Shown here: piece after piece, positions 44,953 through 54,512 of the stretch
How the letters are laid out: the number at the start of each line of letters is the position of its first letter
Numbering within the stretch: the stretch's first letter is position 1
NCBI GenBank assembly: GCA_024408655.1
Contig: JAKSUV010000004.1
Coordinates: 7,112 to 71,111, forward strand
DNA length: 64,000 nucleotides
Direction: 5' to 3'
DNA from: Bacilli bacterium
GTDB lineage: Bacteria > Bacillota_I > Bacilli_A > RFN20 > CAG-826
Position numbers and translations under genes: made by a program
Notes under the pieces: generated by a model
Seen by the model: the letters and a program-made list of their open reading frames with translations, nothing else
Told to the model about the DNA's origin: nothing
Database searches by the model: none

Positions 44953-45522
44953 ATGTTTATCCCTGCTCATAATGAAGTCTTTACCCTTACTTGCGATAAA
45001 TCTAAATTTATCGCGTGTCTTTTCTTTGTCAGTTCAACTGATGAGGTAAAAGCGCGTTTACTGGAGTGTAAAAATCTTTATCCAAAAGCACGTCATTATC
45101 TATACGCTTATAAGATTAAAAACCAGAGTAAAAGTAATGATGATGGTGAACCGGGTGCGATTGCGAAAGGTTTCCTAAAAATTCTTGATGAAAAGCAGTT
45201 AGATCAAACACTCATTATTGTGGTGCGTTATTTTGGTGGCGTGAAATTAGGTGCTAGTCGCCTTTTACGGACTTATCTAAGCGCGGTAACTAGTGTCATT
45301 AACCAAACTAAAACGAAAGAAATTACTCATGTTTATGTTTACCAAATTGAAACGGATTATGCGACTTTTAATAAATTAAAAAATGCCGGTTATCAACTTG
45401 AAAATGTTTCCTATAATGATACAATTAAACTAACCATAATTGCGAAGCAACCACTCGATAATGTGCTAAAAACTTATCGGGTAAAAAACTTCACGGTGGA
45501 GGAAACTAATCGCGCACTATGA
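44953..45522 (+). CDS. YigZ/IMPACT-family protein (UPF0029)
   Basis: KSKFIACLF..., ARHYLYAYK, NDDGEPGAIAK and VVRYFGGVKLGASRLLRTY. Confidence 0.75.
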   Translation: MFIPAHNEVFTLTCDKSKFIACLFFVSSTDEVKARLLECKNLYPKARHYLYAYKIKNQSKSNDDGEPGAIAKGFLKILDEKQLDQTLIIVVRYFGGVKLGASRLLRTYLSAVTSVINQTKTKEITHVYVYQIETDYATFNKLKNAGYQLENVSYNDTIKLTIIAKQPLDNVLKTYRVKNFTVEETNRAL

Positions 45523-46712
45523 ATTACTTAATTGCCCGGCGAAAGAAATTACTTAACGCTTTACCTGATCACGCATTACTTCTTTTATCATCGGGTCAAA
45601 TCATTAAAGCGAGCCAAGATAATAATTATCCGTTTTATCTCAACCGTAATTTCTTTTATCTTGCCAATATCAAACAAGTTAATTCTTTCTTTTTAATTGA
45701 TAAGGACCGCGCTAAATCCTATTTATTTATTGACGCTTATGACCGCCATCAAGAAGTGTGGTTTGGCCGGAAATTAACCAAAAAAGAAGCGCTAGATGCA
45801 TCGCTCGTTGATGAAGTTTTCTTAACGAGTTCCCTGCGTGAAGAAGTTGACCGCTTAATGAGTCATAATCGGACACTATATTTAGATTATGGGGCGGATA
45901 GTTACCAAACTTTATCGGCGCAATTTCGTGATTATAAAATCGCGGATGTTAATCCAATCTTAACTTCAATGCGTTTAATGAAAGACGAAGAAGAAGTCGC
46001 GTGTATTAAAAAAGCGATTGATATTACTAATATTGGCTTAACTAAGATTACAAGCCTTCTCAAAGAAGGGAAATGTAACCGTGAAGTCGAAATCTATAAC
46101 GCTTTTAACCACGCCATCTTAGATGAAGGCACTCACGAAATTGGCTTTCCTAGCATTATTGCTTCGGGTATTCATGCATGCTGTTTACATTATCCAACGC
46201 CTTATGACCGACTAGATAAAAAAGGCGTTTTGCTTTGTGATGTGGGGAGTGGCTATAACTGTTATAGCGCGGATGTCACAAGAACGTATCCAATCAGCGG
46301 AAAATTTACGCCCCAACAAGCTTTAATTTATCAAATTGTTTTAGATGCGAATAAAGAAGCGATTAAATTAATTAAACCAGGAATGACTTTTAAGTCACTC
46401 CAAACTTTTACGAAAGAATTTTTAGCCGCTCGCTGTTTAGAAAAAGGTTTAATTAAAAAGCCGGATGATATCACTAATTACTACATGCACAGTGTTTCTC
46501 ATCCCTTAGGGCTTGATACCCATGATGTGGGTGGACGCGATTTAACTTATGCACCCGGAATGGTGATTACCGTTGAACCTGGTTTATATTTTGAAAAATT
46601 AAAAATCGGGGTGCGCATCGAAGATGATGTCTTAGTGACCGAAGAGGGTCACCGCGTCTTAAGTGCCCAAATTCCAAAAGAAATTAAAGATATCGAAGCA
46701 TTATTTAAATAA
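45519..46712 (+). CDS. M24-family Xaa-Pro aminopeptidase
   Basis: Metal-ligand context DVGSGYNCYSADVTRT, HSVSHPLGLDTHD, VITVEPGLY and GVRIEDDVLVT. Confidence 0.82.
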   Translation: MNYLIARRKKLLNALPDHALLLLSSGQIIKASQDNNYPFYLNRNFFYLANIKQVNSFFLIDKDRAKSYLFIDAYDRHQEVWFGRKLTKKEALDASLVDEVFLTSSLREEVDRLMSHNRTLYLDYGADSYQTLSAQFRDYKIADVNPILTSMRLMKDEEEVACIKKAIDITNIGLTKITSLLKEGKCNREVEIYNAFNHAILDEGTHEIGFPSIIASGIHACCLHYPTPYDRLDKKGVLLCDVGSGYNCYSADVTRTYPISGKFTPQQALIYQIVLDANKEAIKLIKPGMTFKSLQTFTKEFLAARCLEKGLIKKPDDITNYYMHSVSHPLGLDTHDVGGRDLTYAPGMVITVEPGLYFEKLKIGVRIEDDVLVTEEGHRVLSAQIPKEIKDIEALFK

Positions 46713-46723
46713 GGAGAAGACTT

Positions 46724-48208
46724 ATGAAGAAGTATGTGATGGCCATCGACCAAGGAACCACCAGTAGTCGAGCAATTTTGTTTGACCGCCAAGGAAAACC
46801 CGTCCGGATTGCCCGACGGGACATTAAAACCTCCTTCCCTCAACCCGGTTGGGTGGAAGAATCCGCGAAAGACATTTGGCTTTCAGTGGTGGGTAGTATT
46901 GAAGAAGTCATGGAAGAAGAAAACGTCCAATGGGACGAAATTGATTCCATCGGGATTACTAATCAACGTGAGACGACAATTGTCTGGGATAAAAAAACCA
47001 TGCAACCCGTGTATCCGGCGATTGTTTGGCAATCCCGCCAAACCGCGAGTCTATGCGACGCAAGAAGTAAAAAATCTGATTTTATCTTTAGGCGGACTGG
47101 CTTACGCTTAAATCCATATTTCTCGGCGAGTAAGATTCGCTTTATTCTTGACCATGTTAAAAACGGCCAGAAGCGGGCGGAAAAAGGTGAATTATTATTT
47201 GGCACGGTTGAAACCTGGTTAATTTATAAATTAACAAATGGTCATTCACATGTGAGTGATGTCACTAACGCCAGCCGCACCATGTTATTTAATATTCGGA
47301 CAAGAAAATGGGATCCTGAACTTTTAAAGATTTGGAATATTCCGCTTAAGATGTTACCCAAGATTTCTCCCACCGCGGAAGACTTTGGTCAAGCCGAATT
47401 CTTTAAATCCAATACCCATATTTGTGGGGCGATTGGTGATCAACAATCCGCGCTCTTTGGACAAACCTGTTTTAATAAAGGCGAAAGTAAAAATACCTAT
47501 GGTACCGGTTGCTTTATGCTCATGAATATTGGTGATAAACCAATTTTAAGTAAACACGGTTTACTCACCACCGTAGCCTGGGAAATTAATCATCATGTGA
47601 CCTACGCCCTAGAAGCCAGTGTCTTTATGGGTGGAGCGACAATTCAATGGCTCCGCGATGGTTTACAAATTATTAAATCTACGCCCGAAAGTGAAAAGTT
47701 AGCTTTAAAGGTAAAAGATACCGATGGCGTTTATCTAGTCCCCGCCTTTGTGGGTTTAGGAACTCCCTATTGGGATAACGATGTACGGGCCGCTTTCTTT
47801 GGTTTAACTCGCGGCACTAGTAAAGAACATATTTGTCGGGCAGCGCTTGAAGGCGTGGCTTACCAAATTGCTGATTCTTTGCGCGTAATGCAAGATGAAA
47901 CCAAGATTAAACTCAAAGCGTTACGGGTTGATGGCGGCGCAAGCGCTAATAATTTCTTAATGCAATTCCAAAGCGATATTTTAAATACAAAGGTGCAATT
48001 ACCCGTTTGTGTTGAAACCACGGCGTTAGGGGCGGCTTATATGGCTGGCTTATTCACCGGTTTTTATAAGAGCCAAACCGCGATTGCGAAAAACCATCGT
48101 TACCAAAAGATTTATACGCCCAAGATGGATAGAAAACTGGTCGCACAAAAATTAGCGGGTTGGGAACTCGCGGTCGCTAGTGCCCGGAACTTTAAACCCC
48201 ATAAGTAA
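46724..48208 (+). CDS. glpK: Glycerol kinase
   Basis: YVMAIDQGTTSSRAILFD, ITNQRETTIVWD and GAIGDQQSALFGQ. Confidence 0.96.
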   Translation: MKKYVMAIDQGTTSSRAILFDRQGKPVRIARRDIKTSFPQPGWVEESAKDIWLSVVGSIEEVMEEENVQWDEIDSIGITNQRETTIVWDKKTMQPVYPAIVWQSRQTASLCDARSKKSDFIFRRTGLRLNPYFSASKIRFILDHVKNGQKRAEKGELLFGTVETWLIYKLTNGHSHVSDVTNASRTMLFNIRTRKWDPELLKIWNIPLKMLPKISPTAEDFGQAEFFKSNTHICGAIGDQQSALFGQTCFNKGESKNTYGTGCFMLMNIGDKPILSKHGLLTTVAWEINHHVTYALEASVFMGGATIQWLRDGLQIIKSTPESEKLALKVKDTDGVYLVPAFVGLGTPYWDNDVRAAFFGLTRGTSKEHICRAALEGVAYQIADSLRVMQDETKIKLKALRVDGGASANNFLMQFQSDILNTKVQLPVCVETTALGAAYMAGLFTGFYKSQTAIAKNHRYQKIYTPKMDRKLVAQKLAGWELAVASARNFKPHK

Positions 48209-48220
48209 ATACTTATTTTC

Positions 48221-49474
48221 ATGAAATTAATTACCCGTAGTTTAGGTTGTAAAGTAAACGCATACGAGACAGGAGCGGTTGCCGCGAAACTTTACCAAGC
48301 GGGTTTTAAGCGTGGTGATGATAAACATTTTGATGTCGCTCTTATTAATACTTGTACGGTGACCCATGTTGCGAGTCAAAAATCGCGGCAACATATTCGT
48401 CAACTAAGAAAACTTAATCCAAACGCGATTATTGTCGTGATGGGTTGCTACGCGAATCATCATCCGAAAGAAGTATTAAAAGAATGCGCCGCGGATATTG
48501 TAGTAGGGGTTAATGAACGGAAGAAGATACCGACCTTAATTAAAAATTACCAAGCAAAGCATAAGAAACAACAAGCCGTTCAAACTATTGATTATCTTCG
48601 CCATAAAGTTAAATACGAGGAATTAGGGATAGCGCCATTATTTGAAAATACCCGGGCCTACGTTAAAATTAGCGATGGCTGTAATAATTTCTGTTCCTAT
48701 TGTACTATTCCAACCACCCGTGGTCGTTTACGGAGTCGTGATCCTCACGCTATTCTGCTTGAGATTCGTGAATTATTAAAACGCGGCTATAAAGAAATTG
48801 TTTTAACCGGAATTGATACATCAAGTTATGGGCAAGAATTTAAACATTATCGTTTTGCGGATTTACTGAAAGATATTCTGATAAAATTCCCAAAACTATA
48901 TCACTTACGGATTTCTAGTATCGAAATTAGTGAGATTGATTATCACTTTTTAACGCTGTTAAAACAATATCCAAATATTGCCTCGCATTTACATATTCCA
49001 CTTCAATCAGGATCAGACCGGGTCTTAAAAATGATGAACCGTAAATATCTAACAAAAGATTATGCAGCAAAAATAAACGCGATTCGTCGTATTCGTCCTG
49101 ATATCGCAATTACCACTGATTTAATTGTCGGTTATCCTAATGAAGACGAACAAGCCTTTAAAGAAACTTTAAAATTTATTCAAAAAGTTAATTTCGCTGA
49201 TATGCACGTCTTCCCTTTTTCTCCGCGCGAAGGAACGGCGGCATATCTTATGAAAGATTTATCGCCACTAGTCAAAAAAGCGCGGGTGAAGAAAGTGATG
49301 GATATCGCTAAAGCGATGAGAGCAAATTATATAAAACGTTTCCTTAACAGAAAACTTGAAGTGCTCTTTGAAACTAATGATAGCGGTTTAACTAGTAACT
49401 ATCTGCGTGTCTACGCGCACCATGCACCAAATTCAGTTCATAAGATTAAACTAACAAAAATTAATACTAAATAA
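48221..49474 (+). CDS. mtaB: Radical-SAM methylthiotransferase, MtaB-like
   Basis: N-terminal UPF0004 domain (SLGCKVNAYE), radical-SAM CNNFCSYC, and a TRAM-less short C-terminus. 417 aa. Confidence 0.78.
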   Translation: MKLITRSLGCKVNAYETGAVAAKLYQAGFKRGDDKHFDVALINTCTVTHVASQKSRQHIRQLRKLNPNAIIVVMGCYANHHPKEVLKECAADIVVGVNERKKIPTLIKNYQAKHKKQQAVQTIDYLRHKVKYEELGIAPLFENTRAYVKISDGCNNFCSYCTIPTTRGRLRSRDPHAILLEIRELLKRGYKEIVLTGIDTSSYGQEFKHYRFADLLKDILIKFPKLYHLRISSIEISEIDYHFLTLLKQYPNIASHLHIPLQSGSDRVLKMMNRKYLTKDYAAKINAIRRIRPDIAITTDLIVGYPNEDEQAFKETLKFIQKVNFADMHVFPFSPREGTAAYLMKDLSPLVKKARVKKVMDIAKAMRANYIKRFLNRKLEVLFETNDSGLTSNYLRVYAHHAPNSVHKIKLTKINTK

Positions 49475-49583
49475 TCAGTATTTATCGTAGTTATAAAGGA
49501 AAAACTATACAATGTCTAATTTTGCTTGTCAGGGGCTTTATTTATCTACTATAATATTTAGCGTTAACTAAAGGAGAATACTT

Positions 49584-49844
49584 ATGGCCGTTCCACAACG
49601 AAGAACTAGTAAAGCTCGTAAAAGATTAAGACGTACGCATTTTAAACTAAGCGCGAAAGGCTTAGTCGCCTGCCCACACTGCGGTGAAATGATTCAACCA
49701 CACAAAGTGTGCCCCTTCTGCGGATATTATAATGGTAAACCCATTGTCGTAAAGAAAAATAAAGGCGCGAATGCTGCACCCGCTAAAACTGATAAAAAGG
49801 CGAGCAAAAAAGACGAAAAGAAAACCGACGAGAAAAAGAAGTAA
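49584..49844 (+). CDS. rpmF: 50S ribosomal protein L32 with Lys-rich C-terminal tail
   Basis: [19 protein letters not shown]...CPHCGE...CPFCGYY. SD aaaggag upstream. 86 aa, against about 57-60 aa for a typical L32. Confidence 0.9.
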   Translation: MAVPQRRTSKARKRLRRTHFKLSAKGLVACPHCGEMIQPHKVCPFCGYYNGKPIVVKKNKGANAAPAKTDKKASKKDEKKTDEKKK

Positions 49845-49847
49845 TTA

Positions 49848-50498
49848 ATGGAAATTAACCGTTACATTGATCACACTTTACTTAAGGCAAACGCACTTGC
49901 TAGCGAAATTAGTAAGCTTTGCTTAGAAGCGAAACAATATCATTTTAAAAGCGTTTGCGTAAACCCGGGTTTTGTCTCACTTGCAAAAAAAGAATTACAA
50001 GGGAGCGATGTTTTAGTGTGCACCGTGATTGGCTTTCCGTTAGGTGCGACTACTTGTGCTTCGAAAGTTAGCGAAACCAGTAACGCTTTAAAAGATGGCG
50101 CGGACGAAATTGATATGGTGATTAACATTAGTCACGCGAAGATGCATGACTATCAATATATTGAAAACGAAATTAAAGCGATTAAAACGGTTTGCCAAAA
50201 CCACACTTTAAAAGTTATCTTAGAAACTTGTTTATTAACGGATGAAGAAATTGTTGCGACTTCTTTAGCCGCCAAAAACGCGGGAGCGGATTTTGTTAAA
50301 ACCTCAACCGGTTTTTCAACTGGCGGAGCCACTATCCACGCGGTGAGCCTTATGCGTAAGACTGTTGGTGAAACGATGGGCGTTAAAGCGAGTGGCGGAA
50401 TTCATACTTACCAAGAAGCCCTTGAGATGATTAACGCGGGCGCTACCCGGATTGGAGCGAGTAGTGGCGTTGCGATTATGCAATCGTTAAGTAAATAA
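49848..50498 (+). CDS. deoC: Deoxyribose-phosphate aldolase
   Basis: IDHTLLK, EIDMVINI, FVKTSTGF and VKASGGI (Schiff-base lysine context). Confidence 0.92.
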   Translation: MEINRYIDHTLLKANALASEISKLCLEAKQYHFKSVCVNPGFVSLAKKELQGSDVLVCTVIGFPLGATTCASKVSETSNALKDGADEIDMVINISHAKMHDYQYIENEIKAIKTVCQNHTLKVILETCLLTDEEIVATSLAAKNAGADFVKTSTGFSTGGATIHAVSLMRKTVGETMGVKASGGIHTYQEALEMINAGATRIGASSGVAIMQSLSK

Positions 50499-50502
50499 AA
50501 GT

Positions 50503-50526
50503 GCCGAGCAATCGGCTCTTTTTTAT
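50503..50526 (+). terminator. Intrinsic terminator after deoC
   Basis: gccga-gcaa-tcggc followed by tctttttt. Confidence 0.55.
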
Positions 50527-50571
50527 TTTTAATAAAAATTATCAAGAAATTTGCTATAATCATTTTTGTTT

Positions 50572-52053
50572 ATGAGAGCACAAGCCTTTGACATGCGCAA
50601 GTACGTCTTGGTCCAACGGCGGGCCATCGAGAAGCGGATCAAAAGTTTTGGCGACAAACTTTATCTTGAATTTGGCGGCAAGCTCTTTGATGATAATCAT
50701 GCCTCGCGGGTCTTACCCGGTTTTGAACCCGATGCAAAATTAAAACTACTTTTAAGTTTACGGAAACAACTAGAAGTTGTTATCGTTGTGAATAGCGATG
50801 ACATTATTTCTAATAAAGCGCGGAGTGATATTGGTATTTCCTATCAAGACGAAGTGAAACGGTTAATCGACGCGTTTAACGATGTAAAGATTTATGTTTC
50901 GAGTGTAGTTTTTAGTTTCTATAAAGAAAACGATGCGATTCGTAATTTTAAGCATTTCCTAGAAACCAACAACGTAAAAGTTTATAAACATTACGAGATT
51001 AATGGTTATCCGGAAAACGTTAGTTTAGTCGTGAGCGAAGACGGCTTAGGGAAAAACGAATACATTAAAACCACTCGTCCATTAGTGGTCGTGACCGCGC
51101 CGGGTCCAGGAAGTGGCAAGATGGCAACTTGTTTAAGTCAGCTTTATCACGAAAACAAAAACCATGTCCGAGCGGGTTACGCAAAATACGAAACTTTCCC
51201 GGTTTGGAATTTACCATTACGTCACCCCGTTAATTTAGCCTACGAAGCGGCCACTGTCGATTTAAATGATCTTAACGTGATTGATCCATTCCATCTTGAA
51301 GCCTATCACCGGATGGCCACTAGTTATAACCGTGATGTCGCGAGTTTCCCATTACTCCAAGCGATTTTTAAAAAGATTTATGGCTCTTCGCCTTATAAAT
51401 CCCCAACCGATATGGGTGTTAACATGGTTGGTTTTGCGATTAAAAATAAAAAAGTGGCGATTAAAGCGAGTAATGATGAAATCATTCGTCGATATTTCCA
51501 AACTATGAAGAGTAACTTCTTAGGTAAGTTACCAGATTCAGCGGTGGAAAAAGCGCGCATTATTATGAGTGAAGCGAAACTTTCAGTCGATGACCGGAAA
51601 TGTGTAAAGCCGTGTAACGAAAGAGCTGCCCAAACAGGTGTTCCGTGTATGGCGCTAGAAAAAGGGAACAAAATTATTACCGCGAAACGCAGTCAACTTT
51701 TAGGTGCCCCGGCCGCCTTATTACTTAATACCTTAAAATCATTTGCCAATATCGAAGATAAACAATTAATCTTGTCGCGCCGGGTGATTGAACCGGTGAC
51801 GGATTTAAAAGTTAATATCTTACGCAACCATAACCCACGGATTCACGCGGAAGAAGTTTTGATTGCCTTAGCTTTACAAGCTGACACAAATCCGTTAGCG
51901 GAAGCGGTCCTTAAACAAGTACCGAAACTCCGTGGTCTACAAGCCCACTCAAGCGTGATCTTACCGGTTGTGGATATGAAGACCTTCCGTAAATTAGGAA
52001 TGAATGTGACGGAAGAAGCCAAGAGTTACGCGGGTAAAATCTTTACAAAGTAG
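50572..52053 (+). CDS. DUF1846 (UPF0371) family protein
   Basis: FD..KY...Q..AI..RI..F.DKLYLEFGGKLFDDNHASRVLPGF is the N-terminus characteristic of UPF0371. I preferred ATG 50572 over TTG 50566. Extended -10 box TGCTATAAT at 50552-50560. Confidence 0.78.
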   Translation: MRAQAFDMRKYVLVQRRAIEKRIKSFGDKLYLEFGGKLFDDNHASRVLPGFEPDAKLKLLLSLRKQLEVVIVVNSDDIISNKARSDIGISYQDEVKRLIDAFNDVKIYVSSVVFSFYKENDAIRNFKHFLETNNVKVYKHYEINGYPENVSLVVSEDGLGKNEYIKTTRPLVVVTAPGPGSGKMATCLSQLYHENKNHVRAGYAKYETFPVWNLPLRHPVNLAYEAATVDLNDLNVIDPFHLEAYHRMATSYNRDVASFPLLQAIFKKIYGSSPYKSPTDMGVNMVGFAIKNKKVAIKASNDEIIRRYFQTMKSNFLGKLPDSAVEKARIIMSEAKLSVDDRKCVKPCNERAAQTGVPCMALEKGNKIITAKRSQLLGAPAALLLNTLKSFANIEDKQLILSRRVIEPVTDLKVNILRNHNPRIHAEEVLIALALQADTNPLAEAVLKQVPKLRGLQAHSSVILPVVDMKTFRKLGMNVTEEAKSYAGKIFTK

Positions 52054-52108
52054 TTGCAAAAGATAGTGATTTCGATAATAATATTGAAAGTTTTAAGGAG
52101 GTGAAGTT

Positions 52109-52282
52109 ATGCCGAAGACAGTTGTTCGTGAAGGTGAAACGCTTGACGAAGTATTACGTCGTTTTAAGCGTTCGGTCAATAAATCGGGCGTTCTTTATGA
52201 TGTACGTCGGCACGAAGCCTTCTATCCTAAAAGCTTACGTCGCAAAATGAAAAGCGAAGAGGCTCGTCGGAGACGTTACTAA
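52109..52282 (+). CDS. rpsU: 30S ribosomal protein S21
   Basis: Below the ORF-track cutoff; read from the DNA as [59 protein letters not shown] aaggagg 7 nt upstream. Confidence 0.88.
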   Translation: MPKTVVREGETLDEVLRRFKRSVNKSGVLYDVRRHEAFYPKSLRRKMKSEEARRRRY

Positions 52283-52290
52283 TTAAATTA

Positions 52291-52327
52291 ACAAGAAAGA
52301 CCAGGAGTAATCCTGGTTTTTTCTTGT
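52291..52327. terminator. Bidirectional terminator hairpin between rpsU and the AAA ATPase gene
   Basis: acaagaaagaccagga-gtaa-tcctggttttttcttgt forms a stem of about 16 bp with one bulge. T-run on the + strand. Confidence 0.65.
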
Positions 52328-52354
52328 GCTATAAAAACTTTAATCGTGTTTGTG

Positions 52355-53710
52355 TTATAACAGGAAAGTAAGATATTGCGGAATAGTTAATATCTTAGAA
52401 TTTTCGCTGATATTCGCGTCCTTTATTCTGATTAATTTGTGGACATTGGGATATTTTTCTTTGTCTGATAGAACCACATTGGCCGATTTAGTTCTTCCGT
52501 CTTTAGCCTTTACTTCAATTAGGGTAACATCACCTTTATATTCGGTAACAAAATCAATTTCGAGTCCTGAATCCTTATGGTAGTAATATAAATTATGATT
52601 ATTCTTAATCATGGAATCCGCCACCAAGCCTTCGTATATTGCTCCACGGTATATCCCGTATTTATCACTTATTAAATTAATCGATGAATCTTTGTTTAGC
52701 ATCGCCATCAAAAGACCGATGTCGGTCGGATATAATTTAAAACAATTATCAATCTTATTTCCGCTAAAGGGCTGTGATAATTGACTGAGGTTATAGCATT
52801 TTTTGATAAGTCCGTATTCCACTAGCCACTGGATGGCAGGATCAAAAACTGCACTGCGCCCTTTTTTCATAATTTGTGCGTAAGCAAATTTATTGTTTTC
52901 CTTAGCAAGCTGGGAGGGAATCGAATCAAATACTTTATTGATATTATTCAGTAAGTGTTTGTTATAGATAACGTCTTCGTTTTGATTTAAGTGCTTACCA
53001 AAATCATCCTTGAATTCTTCGAGCAGATCGTTTTGCTCTTGTTTAGCTAACGAAAAAGAGTTAGACAAAATATATTTTTTTACGACGCGTGGCATCCCGC
53101 CAACGATTAAATATTCGCGGTATAAATCTTTAAATCGATTATTGATTACCTCTGGCACCGTTTCTTTATTAGCGAAGCACTTCTTGATTTGCTCGATGGT
53201 AACCTTATTAACCTTTTTAGCATATAAAAATTCTTCAAAATCAAGCGGATGCATAGTAAGAGAATGCTCAAATCCAACTGGAATACTTTTATAATTTGGA
53301 TTATAGCCCTTAATGCCAAGTAGCGACCCGCTCTCAATAATGGCGAAGCGGCCGTCTTCGATAAAATATTTAATTGACGCTCTAGCAGCGCTACATTCTT
53401 GGACTTCGTCAAAAATAATGACCGTTTGGTTTGCCACAAATCGATACGAATCATCATAAGAAGATAATTCTCTAATTATTCGGTTAACATCAAAATCGCC
53501 TTTAAAGACAACTTTAATTTGTTCGTTTTTAATAAAATCAATATAAACAACATTTTTGAAATGTTGATGCGCAAATTCTTTAATAAGCGTAGATTTACCA
53601 ACTTGTCTCAACCCTTTTATTAGTAGAGCCTTTTCCTCTTTTAGGTTATCGAACCAGTTTTGAAATTCAGTCTCTAGCTTACGTTTAAATATTATTTCTT
53701 TCTCGCTCAT
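52355..53710 (-). CDS. AAA-family ATPase with C-terminal DUF4143-type domain
   Basis: Walker A LIKGLRQVGKST and Walker B VIIFDEVQ. 451 aa, matching the AAA_14 + DUF4143 architecture recalled from memory. Confidence 0.78.
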   Translation of the reverse strand: MSEKEIIFKRKLETEFQNWFDNLKEEKALLIKGLRQVGKSTLIKEFAHQHFKNVVYIDFIKNEQIKVVFKGDFDVNRIIRELSSYDDSYRFVANQTVIIFDEVQECSAARASIKYFIEDGRFAIIESGSLLGIKGYNPNYKSIPVGFEHSLTMHPLDFEEFLYAKKVNKVTIEQIKKCFANKETVPEVINNRFKDLYREYLIVGGMPRVVKKYILSNSFSLAKQEQNDLLEEFKDDFGKHLNQNEDVIYNKHLLNNINKVFDSIPSQLAKENNKFAYAQIMKKGRSAVFDPAIQWLVEYGLIKKCYNLSQLSQPFSGNKIDNCFKLYPTDIGLLMAMLNKDSSINLISDKYGIYRGAIYEGLVADSMIKNNHNLYYYHKDSGLEIDFVTEYKGDVTLIEVKAKDGRTKSANVVLSDKEKYPNVHKLIRIKDANISENSKILTIPQYLTFLL

Positions 53711-53735
53711 TTATTGCTCCTTTCGTAATTACTTT

Positions 53736-53789
53736 ACACTTTTTATAGCGAACTTTCAAGGCGTTAATACACTTTTTCAAGCGAACTTT
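53736..53789. repeat. Two 21-nt direct repeats (19/21 identical) spaced 33 nt, upstream of the ATPase gene
   Basis: acactttttatagcgaacttt (53736-53756) and acactttttcaagcgaacttt (53769-53789). Confidence 0.7.
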
Positions 53790-53978
53790 ATTGGCTTTTA
53801 TGCATTTATTAAGCGTTAAAAACACATTATTCCGCGCTTGTTAACGATAATAAGAACACGAGCAGAACAGAAAAGAACAATTGAATGTATCGGTTTTCTA
53901 TATTTATAAATAAATATAAAAATAAATTCGCGTCAGGTGGTAAAAAAATACATATTTTAATGTAGGAGGAAAAGAACG

Positions 53979-54512
53979 ATGATAAAAATAATAATCTTAG
54001 TAATCTTAGCAACCGTAGTTGGACTAGCGGTTTTTAACGCAGTGGATAATGCGACCGGGGGTGGAGGAAGCGATCCGACTGAACCAATTGGTAATACCAT
54101 TACCGTGAGTATCACGGGTGAAGTCAATAAAGTTGGGACTTATTATATTGATACCGGGAGTAGTCTTGCCGATTTAATTGCCGCGGCGGGCGATGTCACT
54201 AGTAATGCGGATCCCAAAGCCTATAATTCAACTTTCGTTTTAGCGAACAAACAAAGTTTTTACATTGCGCCAATCTATCGGAGTAGCGAAACCTGTTCAT
54301 CGGAACCTATCGAAAAGGTGAATATTAATACCGCGAGCGCCGAAGAGATTGATGCGGTTAAAGGATTTGTCCTTAATCAAGGCGTTGCCGACAACATTGT
54401 TGAGTATCGAAAAAGTAAAGGCGCCTTTGCACGGATTGAAGAACTAAAAGACGTAAGCTATATTGGCGCAGCGACGTTTGAAAAGATGAAAGACTATGTC
54501 ACCCTCAAATGA
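53979..54512 (+). CDS. comEA: Competence protein ComEA (helix-hairpin-helix DNA receptor)
   Basis: N-terminal TM helix. VNINTASAEEIDAVKG...ADNIVEYRKSKGAFARIEELKDV...IGAATFEKMK is the HhH region. Confidence 0.82.
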   Translation: MIKIIILVILATVVGLAVFNAVDNATGGGGSDPTEPIGNTITVSITGEVNKVGTYYIDTGSSLADLIAAAGDVTSNADPKAYNSTFVLANKQSFYIAPIYRSSETCSSEPIEKVNINTASAEEIDAVKGFVLNQGVADNIVEYRKSKGAFARIEELKDVSYIGAATFEKMKDYVTLK

